Below are positions 51,499 through 60,731 of a stretch of DNA of 64,000 nucleotides, piece by piece. Position 1 is the stretch's first letter. Every line of letters begins with the position of its first letter. The DNA is taken from positions 264,150 through 328,149 of the IMG/VR virus record IMGVR_UViG_3300020477_000990, one strand, 5' to 3'. Below the pieces are notes generated by a model that was given only the letters and a program-made list of their open reading frames with translations, did no database searches and was not told the DNA's origin. The translations under genes and the position numbers were made by a program.

Positions 51499-54400
51499 AA
51501 TTAAACGAACTTATACAACCTAAAGGGACAAAAGCGTCATTTACATTTGGTAGATTTAATCCACCAACTAAAGGTCATTCTCATCTTTTAAATGTAGTTA
51601 AGAAAGCGGCAGGAACAGGTGATCATTATGTTTTCACAGGAAGAACAAATGATAAAGATCGTAATCCATTAAGATATGAAGATAAAATTACATTAATGAG
51701 AGCAATGTTCCCAACAATTAATATTGTAGATGATCCAAATGTAAAAAATCCTTGGCAGGCACTTGAAGAGTTAGGTAAGCATTATGATGATGTTACTTTA
51801 GTTGTTGGTTCGGATAGGCAACAAGATTTCCAATCTCAAATGAGACCATATATGAAAGAGTTTGGTATTAAAAATTTTCAAGTAATTAGTTCAGGAGAAC
51901 GTGATGCAGACTCAACTGATGTGCAAGGTATTTCGGCAACTAAAGCTAGAGCATTTGCTAGAGTAGGAGACTTTAAATCATTTTCACAAACAGTAGATGG
52001 TGGCGAAACACTTAAAAAAGAATTATATAATAAAGTAAGACAAGGTATGGGAGTTACTGAAAGTAAAAAGCCAGTACCACCTAAAAAACCAAATCCAGTT
52101 GCAAAACAATTAACAGATCCAAAATTTAGACCACAAACAGTTAAAGATAAGAAAAAAGAAATTGATAAAGGATATGTTAAGCACAAAGGCAAGGCGTATG
52201 ATATTAATGAAGCATATATTATGGATTTAAATCAAAACCAAGATTTACTTGTATTAAGAGTTAAAGACACAGATAAAAAAGGACATATAGAAGTTAGAGG
52301 TAAAAAGAATTATGAAACAGATGGGTATGATCCAAAAGATCCATTGCACAGAGTTTTAGATCAATTAGATGGAGCAACAGTTTCAAGATTATATTCAGAT
52401 GAAAAAGTAGTTTTAAATCCAAAAAATCCTAGAACAGCACCAACAATAAAAAAAGCACAAGAACTTATGAAAGAACAAGAGCCAAGTAAGCCAATTGTTT
52501 ATGTTGACATGGACGGCGTATTAGCAAACTTCTTTGAAGAGTATGCTAAATTGGCAGGAGTTAAATCAGGAAACTATAAAGATATTCCACCAGCTAAAAC
52601 AGACCCTACATTAAATAAAATGGTAGGTACAGATTTTTTTAATAGATTACCAAAGTTTCCAACAGCAGATAAATTATTGCAATTAGTTACATCGATGTTT
52701 GGTAGCTATTCAATTTTATCAGCACCATTAAGAGGTGATCATCAAAATAGTACAGCACAAAAACATAAATGGATACAACGTGAACTTGCTATTAAGCCAG
52801 ATAATGTTATTATAGTTGGAAGAAAAGATTCTTATGCTACACAGGCAGATGGCACACCTAATATATTAATTGATGATAGAGGAAGAAATGTTGAAGCATG
52901 GAGAAATAGAGGTGGGCTTGGAGTTAAGTATCAAGCTGATGAAGATCCTTTATCTAAAGTAGAACAAGCACTTACACAATTTAAAGGACAGTTTACTTTG
53001 AAAGAATGGGGCGGGCTAATTGTTAAGGGCATAAATACCACAGCAGATGTAGGTATGGATGCAATTAAAAAGCAGTCAGGAAAATTAGGATTTAAAGTTG
53101 ATAAACAAGGAAAGCCACCAATAATGAATACAAAAGGTCAAGCAGTAGTTAAACGTATGCAAGAGCAGTTAATTAAAATTAACGGTTCAAATAAAGATTT
53201 AACATTACAGCAACAAATAGATTTATTAGAAATTACTAAAGGTATTAAAAATATCGTTAAAGAAAGAAAAGCAAAAAGAGTTAAAAAAGCATCATCTAAT
53301 GCATCAGAAGTTCCATATCAAAATGATGCAGGAACAATGAGTTTACTTACACATCCTGGTACAGAGCTTTGGCAAAAAATGAAAGCAACATCTAAGCCAG
53401 GAACAGAAGAATGGTTTAAAACTTGGAGAACATTATCATACTTAACTAAAGGTAGAAAGAATCATTATATGTTACCTATTAAAGAAGAATTAGAAAAACT
53501 TTTAGTTAAGTATAAAATTATTAAAGAAAGTGATGTAGTTGATTTACAACAAGCAATTGCTAAAAGAGTTTCATCAGTAACTGATCCAGCACTTTTAAAT
53601 AAAATAGCAAGTATGTTACGTAGAAGTAATATTGGTAACATTTCAAGAATGGCATTTAAGCAAGACGAAGATGCGGCAAAATTTATTAATAGGTTATCAG
53701 AAATAATTGTAGGAATTGAAGTTCCAATAAATGATAAAATTGCGTTCCTTAGAAAATTTGGAAGATCTAATTTTATTAAACCTGAAGTACTATTTGATAA
53801 TAGTGGTGCAGTACATTCAATGGATGATTGGTGGGAAGGAACTGGATTTGCAACAACTATGTTTAAGTTAATGATAAACGATCCACAGCTTCAAGGAAAA
53901 TCAGCAGGTGAATCTGGACCAGGTGAAGTTGCAATAGCTTGTTTCCATAAAAAGATTTCAGTAGGTTCTGATCCATCAGCAGGATACGATTTAAAATGGG
54001 GTAATCAAGAAATTGAAGTTAAAACAAAAGCATCAGAAAAATCTAGTTCAGGTGGCGGACGTTGGACAGCATATGATGGTGCTCCATTAGAAACTTATTT
54101 ACAAAGTGGTCAAAGTTTATTAGATCCAGAAAAAGTTCCTGCAGGTGTTAGAGCAACAAAATCATCACGTGCTGGAACACAAATAAGTTTTGCAGAAGTT
54201 TTAAATAATCCACAATACTTAAAAGATCCTAATACACCGTTAACTCAACAACAACAAAAAGAAATTTTTGCAAAAGTATTAAAACAAGCATATCAAAGTG
54301 CACCTAATGAAATTATTAATACAGCATTAGCAAATTATCCTAACGTAACAGATAAAGATATTGCACAGGCGGCATTTGCTAGTTATAGAGTTAAGCAAGG

Positions 54401-54557
54401 ATTTCAGTCAATGCTATTAATGAAGGCATCAGGTGGCGGAATTAGTACAATACACTTTAGTGAATTAGATAAAGGAATTGATAATTTTAAAGTTAATGGT
54501 CCGTATGTACGTGGACAAAAGCAACGTGGAATGGATGTTCAAGCAACATTAAGGTAA
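51495..54557 (+). CDS. multidomain polyprotein: cytidyltransferase-like + HAD 5'-nucleotidase-like + PD-(D/E)xK-like
   Basis: GRFNPPTKGH (HxGH-type), VYVDMDGVLANF...LIDD (HAD), GPGE...D...EIEVK; N-terminal MKLNEL tag. Confidence 0.7.
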   Translation: MKLNELIQPKGTKASFTFGRFNPPTKGHSHLLNVVKKAAGTGDHYVFTGRTNDKDRNPLRYEDKITLMRAMFPTINIVDDPNVKNPWQALEELGKHYDDVTLVVGSDRQQDFQSQMRPYMKEFGIKNFQVISSGERDADSTDVQGISATKARAFARVGDFKSFSQTVDGGETLKKELYNKVRQGMGVTESKKPVPPKKPNPVAKQLTDPKFRPQTVKDKKKEIDKGYVKHKGKAYDINEAYIMDLNQNQDLLVLRVKDTDKKGHIEVRGKKNYETDGYDPKDPLHRVLDQLDGATVSRLYSDEKVVLNPKNPRTAPTIKKAQELMKEQEPSKPIVYVDMDGVLANFFEEYAKLAGVKSGNYKDIPPAKTDPTLNKMVGTDFFNRLPKFPTADKLLQLVTSMFGSYSILSAPLRGDHQNSTAQKHKWIQRELAIKPDNVIIVGRKDSYATQADGTPNILIDDRGRNVEAWRNRGGLGVKYQADEDPLSKVEQALTQFKGQFTLKEWGGLIVKGINTTADVGMDAIKKQSGKLGFKVDKQGKPPIMNTKGQAVVKRMQEQLIKINGSNKDLTLQQQIDLLEITKGIKNIVKERKAKRVKKASSNASEVPYQNDAGTMSLLTHPGTELWQKMKATSKPGTEEWFKTWRTLSYLTKGRKNHYMLPIKEELEKLLVKYKIIKESDVVDLQQAIAKRVSSVTDPALLNKIASMLRRSNIGNISRMAFKQDEDAAKFINRLSEIIVGIEVPINDKIAFLRKFGRSNFIKPEVLFDNSGAVHSMDDWWEGTGFATTMFKLMINDPQLQGKSAGESGPGEVAIACFHKKISVGSDPSAGYDLKWGNQEIEVKTKASEKSSSGGGRWTAYDGAPLETYLQSGQSLLDPEKVPAGVRATKSSRAGTQISFAEVLNNPQYLKDPNTPLTQQQQKEIFAKVLKQAYQSAPNEIINTALANYPNVTDKDIAQAAFASYRVKQGFQSMLLMKASGGGISTIHFSELDKGIDNFKVNGPYVRGQKQRGMDVQATLR

Positions 54558-54565
54558 ATATTATT

Positions 54566-54862
54566 ATGCGTATATTAGAAATTATAAGTGAAAATGACAG
54601 ACGTGATTTTATGAAACGTTTGGGTAAAACAGCGGCGGCTACAGCTGGTGCTTTAGCTTTAGGATCATTTGCACTTCCATCAAAAGCATGGCCTAGTGAA
54701 TTACCTGATAATTTTAACTTTATGGATGAGTTTTTAAGTGATAAAGTTTTAAATGATCCAAAATATAAAGAATTTAAATTAAATGGTGAAAAGCTTCTTG
54801 ATATGTTAAAGAATATAGAAAAAAATAAGTTAAAAAAACAGGATAAAGGCATAGACGTTTAA
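54566..54862 (+). CDS. putative internal head protein with internal Tat signal
   Basis: MRILEIISE followed by RRDFMK, a hydrophobic stretch and SKA. Confidence 0.6.
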   Translation: MRILEIISENDRRDFMKRLGKTAAATAGALALGSFALPSKAWPSELPDNFNFMDEFLSDKVLNDPKYKEFKLNGEKLLDMLKNIEKNKLKKQDKGIDV

Positions 54863-55114
54863 ATGAAAATTGGTGATATTATTACTGAAGAAGCTACAGT
54901 AGGATCTACTATGGCTGGTAATTTTGCGGCATTGGCATTTCCTATGACTCCTGGTACTACACATGATCAGGCTATTAAAGCAGTAGATCCATTCGGTAAA
55001 ATATTCAAAAATGCTAAAAAGAAACGTAAAGATATATGGAAAATGGGTTACAGCCCAGATGCTTTAGCATATAGGACTAAAGTGAAAGATATCTATCCTA
55101 TTTTAAAACGTTAA
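54863..55114 (+). CDS. putative internal head protein
   Basis: MKIGDIITEE tag. Confidence 0.55.
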   Translation: MKIGDIITEEATVGSTMAGNFAALAFPMTPGTTHDQAIKAVDPFGKIFKNAKKKRKDIWKMGYSPDALAYRTKVKDIYPILKR

Positions 55115-55145
55115 AAAAGATAAATATTTGTAAGGTACACATATT

Positions 55146-55655
55146 ATGAAATTAAACGAGCTATTTAAACCAGAACAATCATCGTCATTACAAGATTTTA
55201 AAGATTATTATGACAATGCTACTCAATCTATGATTACTAGAGTAAAAGCTGGTGAAAATTATCATGAAGTAATTAATCAATTAGCACGAGAGTTTGCATC
55301 ACAACATAGTGATAGTTACGAAATGTTTGATTTAATGGCTGACGGTTTAAAAAAGCGACATTGGGAAATGTTTTGGGATGAAAAAGAAGAAAAATCAGAA
55401 CCAGAAACACCTGTTGCAATAGTAGTACAACCAGATGAAAAAGAAGTTAAAGAATATGATGGTCCAGATGAAACCCAAGATAATCAAGGATATACAGATA
55501 AGGAAATTAAAATGGCATTTGGTATTTTAAATGATCCTAGATATAAGCAAGGTAATTATTCAGGAGCATACGCGGCCATTGAAAAAATTGCTAAAGGTTT
55601 AGCAAGTCATCCAAGTGTAGCAAACGCATTAAGACGAGCAAACGAGTCGGAGTAA
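55146..55655 (+). CDS. putative internal head protein
   Basis: MKLNELF tag; TAAATA upstream. Confidence 0.55.
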   Translation: MKLNELFKPEQSSSLQDFKDYYDNATQSMITRVKAGENYHEVINQLAREFASQHSDSYEMFDLMADGLKKRHWEMFWDEKEEKSEPETPVAIVVQPDEKEVKEYDGPDETQDNQGYTDKEIKMAFGILNDPRYKQGNYSGAYAAIEKIAKGLASHPSVANALRRANESE

Positions 55656-55659
55656 CGCC

Positions 55660-58134
55660 ATGCGTATCCACGAAGTTGCACCCCCAGGAAGAGAAAAGCA
55701 AGTAAAGAAACTTAAAAAGAAGTTTGATGATCCATCGGCGGCTTACGCCATTGCTTGGGCTCAACATAACAAACATGGTAAGCCTAAAAAAGAAACAAAG
55801 TATGCAAACGTTCCAGGAAGAGAATACGATGCAGATGATAGAGCAGAAGCAAAATTATGGTCTTTGCAAGATCGTAAATCAGCACTTTTAAAAAAATTAG
55901 ATAGAGTTGCAGGCGAAGGTGGCAAAGTTAATATTAATGATCCAATATATAAAGAATTACAAGCAGTTAAAAAAGCAATAGGAAATTTCAAAAAGCAAGG
56001 AATTGGCGAAGATAAAATTCCAAACGATATGCCTGGTATGGTTGGTGATAGTGCTTGGTATAAAAAAACAGGTCAATTAGTTAGAATAGTCGATTACACT
56101 CAAGATGGTAAAGATGGAATTTACACAATTTCATTTGGTGATGGCAGAGGTGAAATGGATGTATTGGTGCATGATTTAGAATTTATAGATGATACAACAT
56201 ATCAAGATTTACCAGACTATGGTGATACAGAAGATAATATGTCTGATATAGAAGCAGATGCAGATACACTAGCATCAGCTGGAATGGGTAGCGATGAAGA
56301 TTATGGCTACTATGGTGATAATGAATCAGTTGATCCTATTAGAAGTGATAGAGGTGCTAAAGAAGAATTAGCAAAAGAAATTTATTACAATGGATCTAGT
56401 GCAAAACATTATCAAAAAATGTATCCTACTTGGGAAGACTTTATGAACTCAGAAGACTTCGAAGAAGAAAATATGAGATTATGGAATAAGTTTGGTGAAA
56501 GTAAAAATGTTGAAATGTGTCCAGAAGCTTGTTGCGGTGTACCAGTAACAGAGTGTTCATGTGGTTCAGATTGTAAACATTGTGATTGTAATGCAAAAAA
56601 TAATGAAGTAAAAGAAGATTTAAAAAAATCATTAAATGAAAGAATGCCTGCTTCAGTTATTAAACATAAACAAAAACTTTCTTTTATGACTGATAAAGAA
56701 TTAGCAGATAGATTTAAAGATTTTGATGAAACAAGATTACGTCAAATGGCATGGAGACATGGCTATGGCAAAATGAGTTCACACTATTGGGATAGAGTAC
56801 AAGCTGGTAAAAACGAATCAGTAACTAATGAAGACCAAACAACAGTTGACGTTAAAGCAATATTAGACAAGCACGGTATTAAAAGTACATACGATATTGA
56901 ATATGGTTCAGATGCCTTTAGTGATTTATTTGATTATTTTTCAAGTGATCCTGATGAAATGCCATACGGTGTTCAAAAAGCAAGAACAGGAATGCCAGAT
57001 GAATGGATTGCAAATAGACTTATAGACTTAGGTTTACTTAAAGAAGCACCATTCCGAAGAAGATTTGCAACAAAAAGTAAAAATCCATTTAGCGGAACAC
57101 AAAAAGCATTAAACACATTAGGGTCAATGTTTGGTTCAAGAAAAGCACAAGGTAGATTAAACACAGGCGTTGAAGCAAATAAAATTGCAAAAGATTGGGA
57201 AGATTATACTTCAGGAGATACAGCAAGACAAATAAATAAAAACTTTAATGGATTTTTAGGTAGCATTGGAGGTAGTGGCAATCCTGAAACATCAGCAAAA
57301 TGGTTTCAAAAAAATCATAAAATAACAATTCCACCAGCTGACTATCAAAAAACTTTTAAACAAGATGGTACTCCACAAGAAAGAGATACAGTATTCAATA
57401 TTATAAAAAAGAGTTCATTAGACTCAGATAGTATTCAGACTTGGTTTAAAAATAATCATGGTATGGTACTTACGCAACCTGATGTAAATCAATTATTAGC
57501 AAATCCAAAAACAGCAATTATAGATTTTGTAAAAAGAAAAGAAGCAGGACAAATGGGTCCAAAAGCTGATGCAACAAAGCCAGAAACTAAACCAGATGCA
57601 CAAGGAGATTTATTTACAGGTGATGATCAAGCTGATCCAACATTAGCACAAATTAAAAAATTAAATCCAGATGCTTCACAAAAATCTGTGAAAGCATTAG
57701 ATAAACTTAAACCAGATGCACAAGGAAAAATGGCACCGTTAAATCCAGAAGAAGAAAAAGAATTAGCACCAATATTACAAAAGATAGGTGCGGCATTAAC
57801 TGATCCTGCTAAAAGAGCCAAGTTAGTAAATATGATGACGTCAGGTAAGTATAGTGATTTTAAAGATTTTACATCAATATTGAGTGAATCAATTAGTAGA
57901 GAAGAATTATCTAAATTGGATTATTTGGCTAGACAAGGACTAGTTCCAAGTTCTAAAGTATCAAGATTTAAGACAGCCATGCGTACACTTGCTAAAGGTA
58001 AAGACTTATCAATAACATATAAAAATGATGTAGTAGATGTAGTTGTTAAATTAGCTGGTATTATTACTAAACCTGGTGTAATGCAAATGGTTAGAAGGGG
58101 ACTAAATAAAGATAAGGGTAAAGGTAAAAAGTAA
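55660..58134 (+). CDS. putative internal head polyprotein with Cys-rich module
   Basis: MRIHE tag; modules separated by xxE-S/A/D sites; CPEACCGVPVTECSCGSDCKHCDC. Confidence 0.6.
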   Translation: MRIHEVAPPGREKQVKKLKKKFDDPSAAYAIAWAQHNKHGKPKKETKYANVPGREYDADDRAEAKLWSLQDRKSALLKKLDRVAGEGGKVNINDPIYKELQAVKKAIGNFKKQGIGEDKIPNDMPGMVGDSAWYKKTGQLVRIVDYTQDGKDGIYTISFGDGRGEMDVLVHDLEFIDDTTYQDLPDYGDTEDNMSDIEADADTLASAGMGSDEDYGYYGDNESVDPIRSDRGAKEELAKEIYYNGSSAKHYQKMYPTWEDFMNSEDFEEENMRLWNKFGESKNVEMCPEACCGVPVTECSCGSDCKHCDCNAKNNEVKEDLKKSLNERMPASVIKHKQKLSFMTDKELADRFKDFDETRLRQMAWRHGYGKMSSHYWDRVQAGKNESVTNEDQTTVDVKAILDKHGIKSTYDIEYGSDAFSDLFDYFSSDPDEMPYGVQKARTGMPDEWIANRLIDLGLLKEAPFRRRFATKSKNPFSGTQKALNTLGSMFGSRKAQGRLNTGVEANKIAKDWEDYTSGDTARQINKNFNGFLGSIGGSGNPETSAKWFQKNHKITIPPADYQKTFKQDGTPQERDTVFNIIKKSSLDSDSIQTWFKNNHGMVLTQPDVNQLLANPKTAIIDFVKRKEAGQMGPKADATKPETKPDAQGDLFTGDDQADPTLAQIKKLNPDASQKSVKALDKLKPDAQGKMAPLNPEEEKELAPILQKIGAALTDPAKRAKLVNMMTSGKYSDFKDFTSILSESISREELSKLDYLARQGLVPSSKVSRFKTAMRTLAKGKDLSITYKNDVVDVVVKLAGIITKPGVMQMVRRGLNKDKGKGKK

Positions 58135-58394
58135 TGAAAGATCAAATTATAATGTTACTAATAGGTATTTTAATTGCGTTAGGCGGTTGGAACCTTACCC
58201 AAACTTTTAGTTTATCAACTACTCAAGCAGTTATTGATGATAAAGTTGATAAATTAGAAAGAAGCGTCGAGAAATTGCAAGATCAAATGGATGATATGCA
58301 AAAAATGGATGAAGAGATTGTTGAACAACATGAAGATTTGTTTAGACAATTACAAGAAGGCAATACAGCACCATCAACAGGATATAATTACTAA
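58134..58394 (+). CDS. single-TM coiled-coil protein
   Basis: Hydrophobic N-terminus plus heptad repeats. Confidence 0.6.
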   Translation: MKDQIIMLLIGILIALGGWNLTQTFSLSTTQAVIDDKVDKLERSVEKLQDQMDDMQKMDEEIVEQHEDLFRQLQEGNTAPSTGYNY

Positions 58395-58783
58395 TGAAAA
58401 TACATGATATTATAAATGAAGACAATGTTATTGATCTTAAAGGCCCACAAGGTAATGCTTATTTCCTTTTAGGCACAGCTAAAAAATTAGCAAAAGATTT
58501 AAATCTTGATTACGACAAAATTCAAAAAGAAATGACTGCTTGTAATTACGATAATTTAGTAGATGTTTTTAAAAAATACTTTGGTGAATATGTTGATGTT
58601 AGAGAAAATGAACTTGGTGTGCCACGTATGAACAAGTATAACATTTATACAACAAAAAGCAAAGATGGTGATTTTCAGGCCTGGCAAGGTGAAAAACATC
58701 TTGGAACTTTTAAAACGATTCAAGATTTAAATAAATTTTGGGATCACGCAATAAACAGCGGAAAAATTAAACCTCAAGAGTAA
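58394..58783 (+). CDS. putative internal head protein
   Basis: MKIHDIINE tag followed by an IDLKGPQGNAYFLLG domain. Confidence 0.6.
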   Translation: MKIHDIINEDNVIDLKGPQGNAYFLLGTAKKLAKDLNLDYDKIQKEMTACNYDNLVDVFKKYFGEYVDVRENELGVPRMNKYNIYTTKSKDGDFQAWQGEKHLGTFKTIQDLNKFWDHAINSGKIKPQE

Positions 58784-58853
58784 TTTTACAATTATAAGTT
58801 TAAAATATTTTGGATATTTTAGGCCTATAATTCATTATGACGTTATTATTCTA

Positions 58854-58882
58854 TTGACAGGAAAGCATTTATAACGTATTAT
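58854..58882 (+). promoter_or_regulatory. sigma70-type promoter
   Basis: TTGACA-N17-TATTAT. Confidence 0.7.
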
Positions 58883-58936
58883 GTAATATGATCAAGAATA
58901 AGAAAGTTCTTAACCAAATATCAAGGAGGATAAATT

Positions 58937-59161
58937 ATGCTTGATAAAATTAAATCGGTACTGTCAAGTCTTACAGAAGTGGCATTAACGTTTTTACTAC
59001 TTGGCATCGTGTTGCAAGTGGTGTTCGGATCAGTTCCGTTCTTCCCTGCAGATGTCGTAGGTAATCTTGTTGCACTAGTTGGGTCACTTGGTGACGCAGG
59101 TGTAGTAGGACTTATTGCAATTGGTGTTATTTATTGGCTCGCTAACAGAGGCAAGAAGTAA
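58937..59161 (+). CDS. small two-helix membrane protein (paralogue of 48271)
   Basis: LTEV...VLQV.FG...DVVGN...GVVGLIA; SD AAGGAGG. Confidence 0.75.
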   Translation: MLDKIKSVLSSLTEVALTFLLLGIVLQVVFGSVPFFPADVVGNLVALVGSLGDAGVVGLIAIGVIYWLANRGKK

Positions 59162-59191
59162 TCTCTCTTTACAAATAACAAGTATTGCACT

Positions 59192-59221
59192 TTATAGGGC
59201 GTCTCTAGGGTCGCCCTATAA
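59192..59221 (+). terminator. hairpin overlapping the late promoter of tRNA-Thr
   Basis: TTATAGGGCG...CGCCCTATAA; its 3' arm runs into TATAAATA at 59217-59224. Confidence 0.65.
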
Positions 59222-59231
59222 ATATATATAG

Positions 59232-59307
59232 GCCCTCTTAGCTCAGTTGGTAGAGCAACTGATTTGTAATCAGTAGGTCCGCAGTTCGAATCTGTGAGGG
59301 GGCACCA
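59232..59307 (+). tRNA. tRNA-Thr(TGT)
   Basis: Arm ACTGA-TTTGTAA-TCAGT; CCA encoded. Confidence 0.95.
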
Positions 59308-59337
59308 TTCTAAAATATAAACATAAATAAAAGTACA

Positions 59338-59580
59338 ATGGCAAAGTTAAGAATTTTCCCTCAAGAAGTAATGGAAGTCGTAGATGTTTCACAAATGGAA
59401 CTACCTATTATTGCCGCTAAAATGTTTAGAATGAAATTACGTCCTACATTAGTAGATTGTTTAATTGCATTAAAAAATAAAGAAGTAGACCCAGCAACAA
59501 TTATAGAAGCAATTAAAGAAGATGCTCGTCCTAAAAAAATTGAAAAAGATTTAGATCAATCACAAGATCAAGTAGAATAA
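59338..59580 (+). CDS. hypothetical protein
   Basis: 80 aa ORF after TAAATA at 59324. Confidence 0.55.
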   Translation: MAKLRIFPQEVMEVVDVSQMELPIIAAKMFRMKLRPTLVDCLIALKNKEVDPATIIEAIKEDARPKKIEKDLDQSQDQVE

Positions 59581-59602
59581 TTCAAATAATCCACATTATA
59601 TA

Positions 59603-59631
59603 TTGACAAAATACAACTTTTACGTTATACT
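59603..59631 (+). promoter_or_regulatory. sigma70-type promoter of porin
   Basis: TTGACA-N17-TATACT. Confidence 0.75.
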
Positions 59632-59701
59632 AACTTTGAATATACAATAGTATATTCGAGTTCTTCCCTTTGGAGGAAATTTATAAAGAGGAGAAAAGAA
59701 G

Positions 59702-60634
59702 ATGAGAATATTTCCAAGCAAGGCTTTAATAGGCTTTTTAGCAGTAATATTTGCGTTTGTATTAGTCAGTTGTAGTGAAGCTGAAGCTGTAGAGACAAAA
59801 ATCTACGGTACGTTTAACTACAAATTGAGTAATGACGAGAATAGTTCTGGTACAAGTCATTTAAAGGCTGAAAACAACTCATCGTTGGTAGGCATTGACG
59901 CCGCTGAAGATATTGGCGAAGGCATAACTGGCTTTGCTAAATTAGAAGTAGGTGTTGATACTGATGATGGCAATAACAATCCTTTTGATTCACGTTTAGC
60001 TTATGTAGGCTTAAACTTTGGTCAACTAGGATCGATATCTGCAGGACGTCAGTCATCTCCATTTACTGATAATGTAAGTGGAATAACAAATGTATTTGAA
60101 GTTTATGGTTCAGGTGCAGATCAAAATTTGTTCACACGTGATGCAAATACGATCGCATACTCGAATCAAATGGCGGGAATTACATTTGATGGTCTAGCAA
60201 AGATAGACGGTTCTACAGGTAAGAATGGGATAGATGTTTCAGAAGCAACAGCTACCTATTCTACATTTGGAGTAACTGTAAGTGGTGGTGTATCAAATGA
60301 TCATGTAAATGATATTGATTACTACGGCGCTGGAGTATCTTATGATGCTTCGTCAATGGGTGTACCTGTAAGTGTAGGTTATACTTACACATATAAGGAT
60401 GCCGCAACTGATGTTACAGGCAATGAAATCATTGGATCTTATTCTGTTAGTAATGATTTAAAAGTTACTGGTGGATACGGTAAAATCGAAGATTCAACTG
60501 CATTTTATACAGCAGGAGCATCATATGGAATAACTGGTTCATTATCAACGTATGTTGAATATGAGCATCAAAACAAAACTGGATCAAATAACGATACAGA
60601 CAGTTATTCTACCGGTCTTAAATTTACATTCTAA
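59702..60634 (+). CDS. Gram-negative porin
   Basis: Signal peptide, IYG, S..G..E..G...AKLE, RLAYVGL..G.I.AGR, C-terminal GLKFTF beta-signal. Confidence 0.88.
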   Translation: MRIFPSKALIGFLAVIFAFVLVSCSEAEAVETKIYGTFNYKLSNDENSSGTSHLKAENNSSLVGIDAAEDIGEGITGFAKLEVGVDTDDGNNNPFDSRLAYVGLNFGQLGSISAGRQSSPFTDNVSGITNVFEVYGSGADQNLFTRDANTIAYSNQMAGITFDGLAKIDGSTGKNGIDVSEATATYSTFGVTVSGGVSNDHVNDIDYYGAGVSYDASSMGVPVSVGYTYTYKDAATDVTGNEIIGSYSVSNDLKVTGGYGKIEDSTAFYTAGASYGITGSLSTYVEYEHQNKTGSNNDTDSYSTGLKFTF

Positions 60635-60664
60635 TTTAAGGCTCTTTCAAGAACGTCTTGATCA

Positions 60665-60725
60665 AAGGGGAGGTTGGTATTTTACCAGCTTTCCTCTTGA
60701 CAAATTGCATATCGGTAAATATAAT
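60665..60725 (+). terminator. hairpin after porin abutting a sigma70 promoter for rpiB
   Basis: AAGGGGAGGTTGGTA/TACCAGCTTTCCTCTT hairpin; TTGACA(60697)-N17-TATAAT. Confidence 0.7.
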
Positions 60726-60731
60726 ATACAT

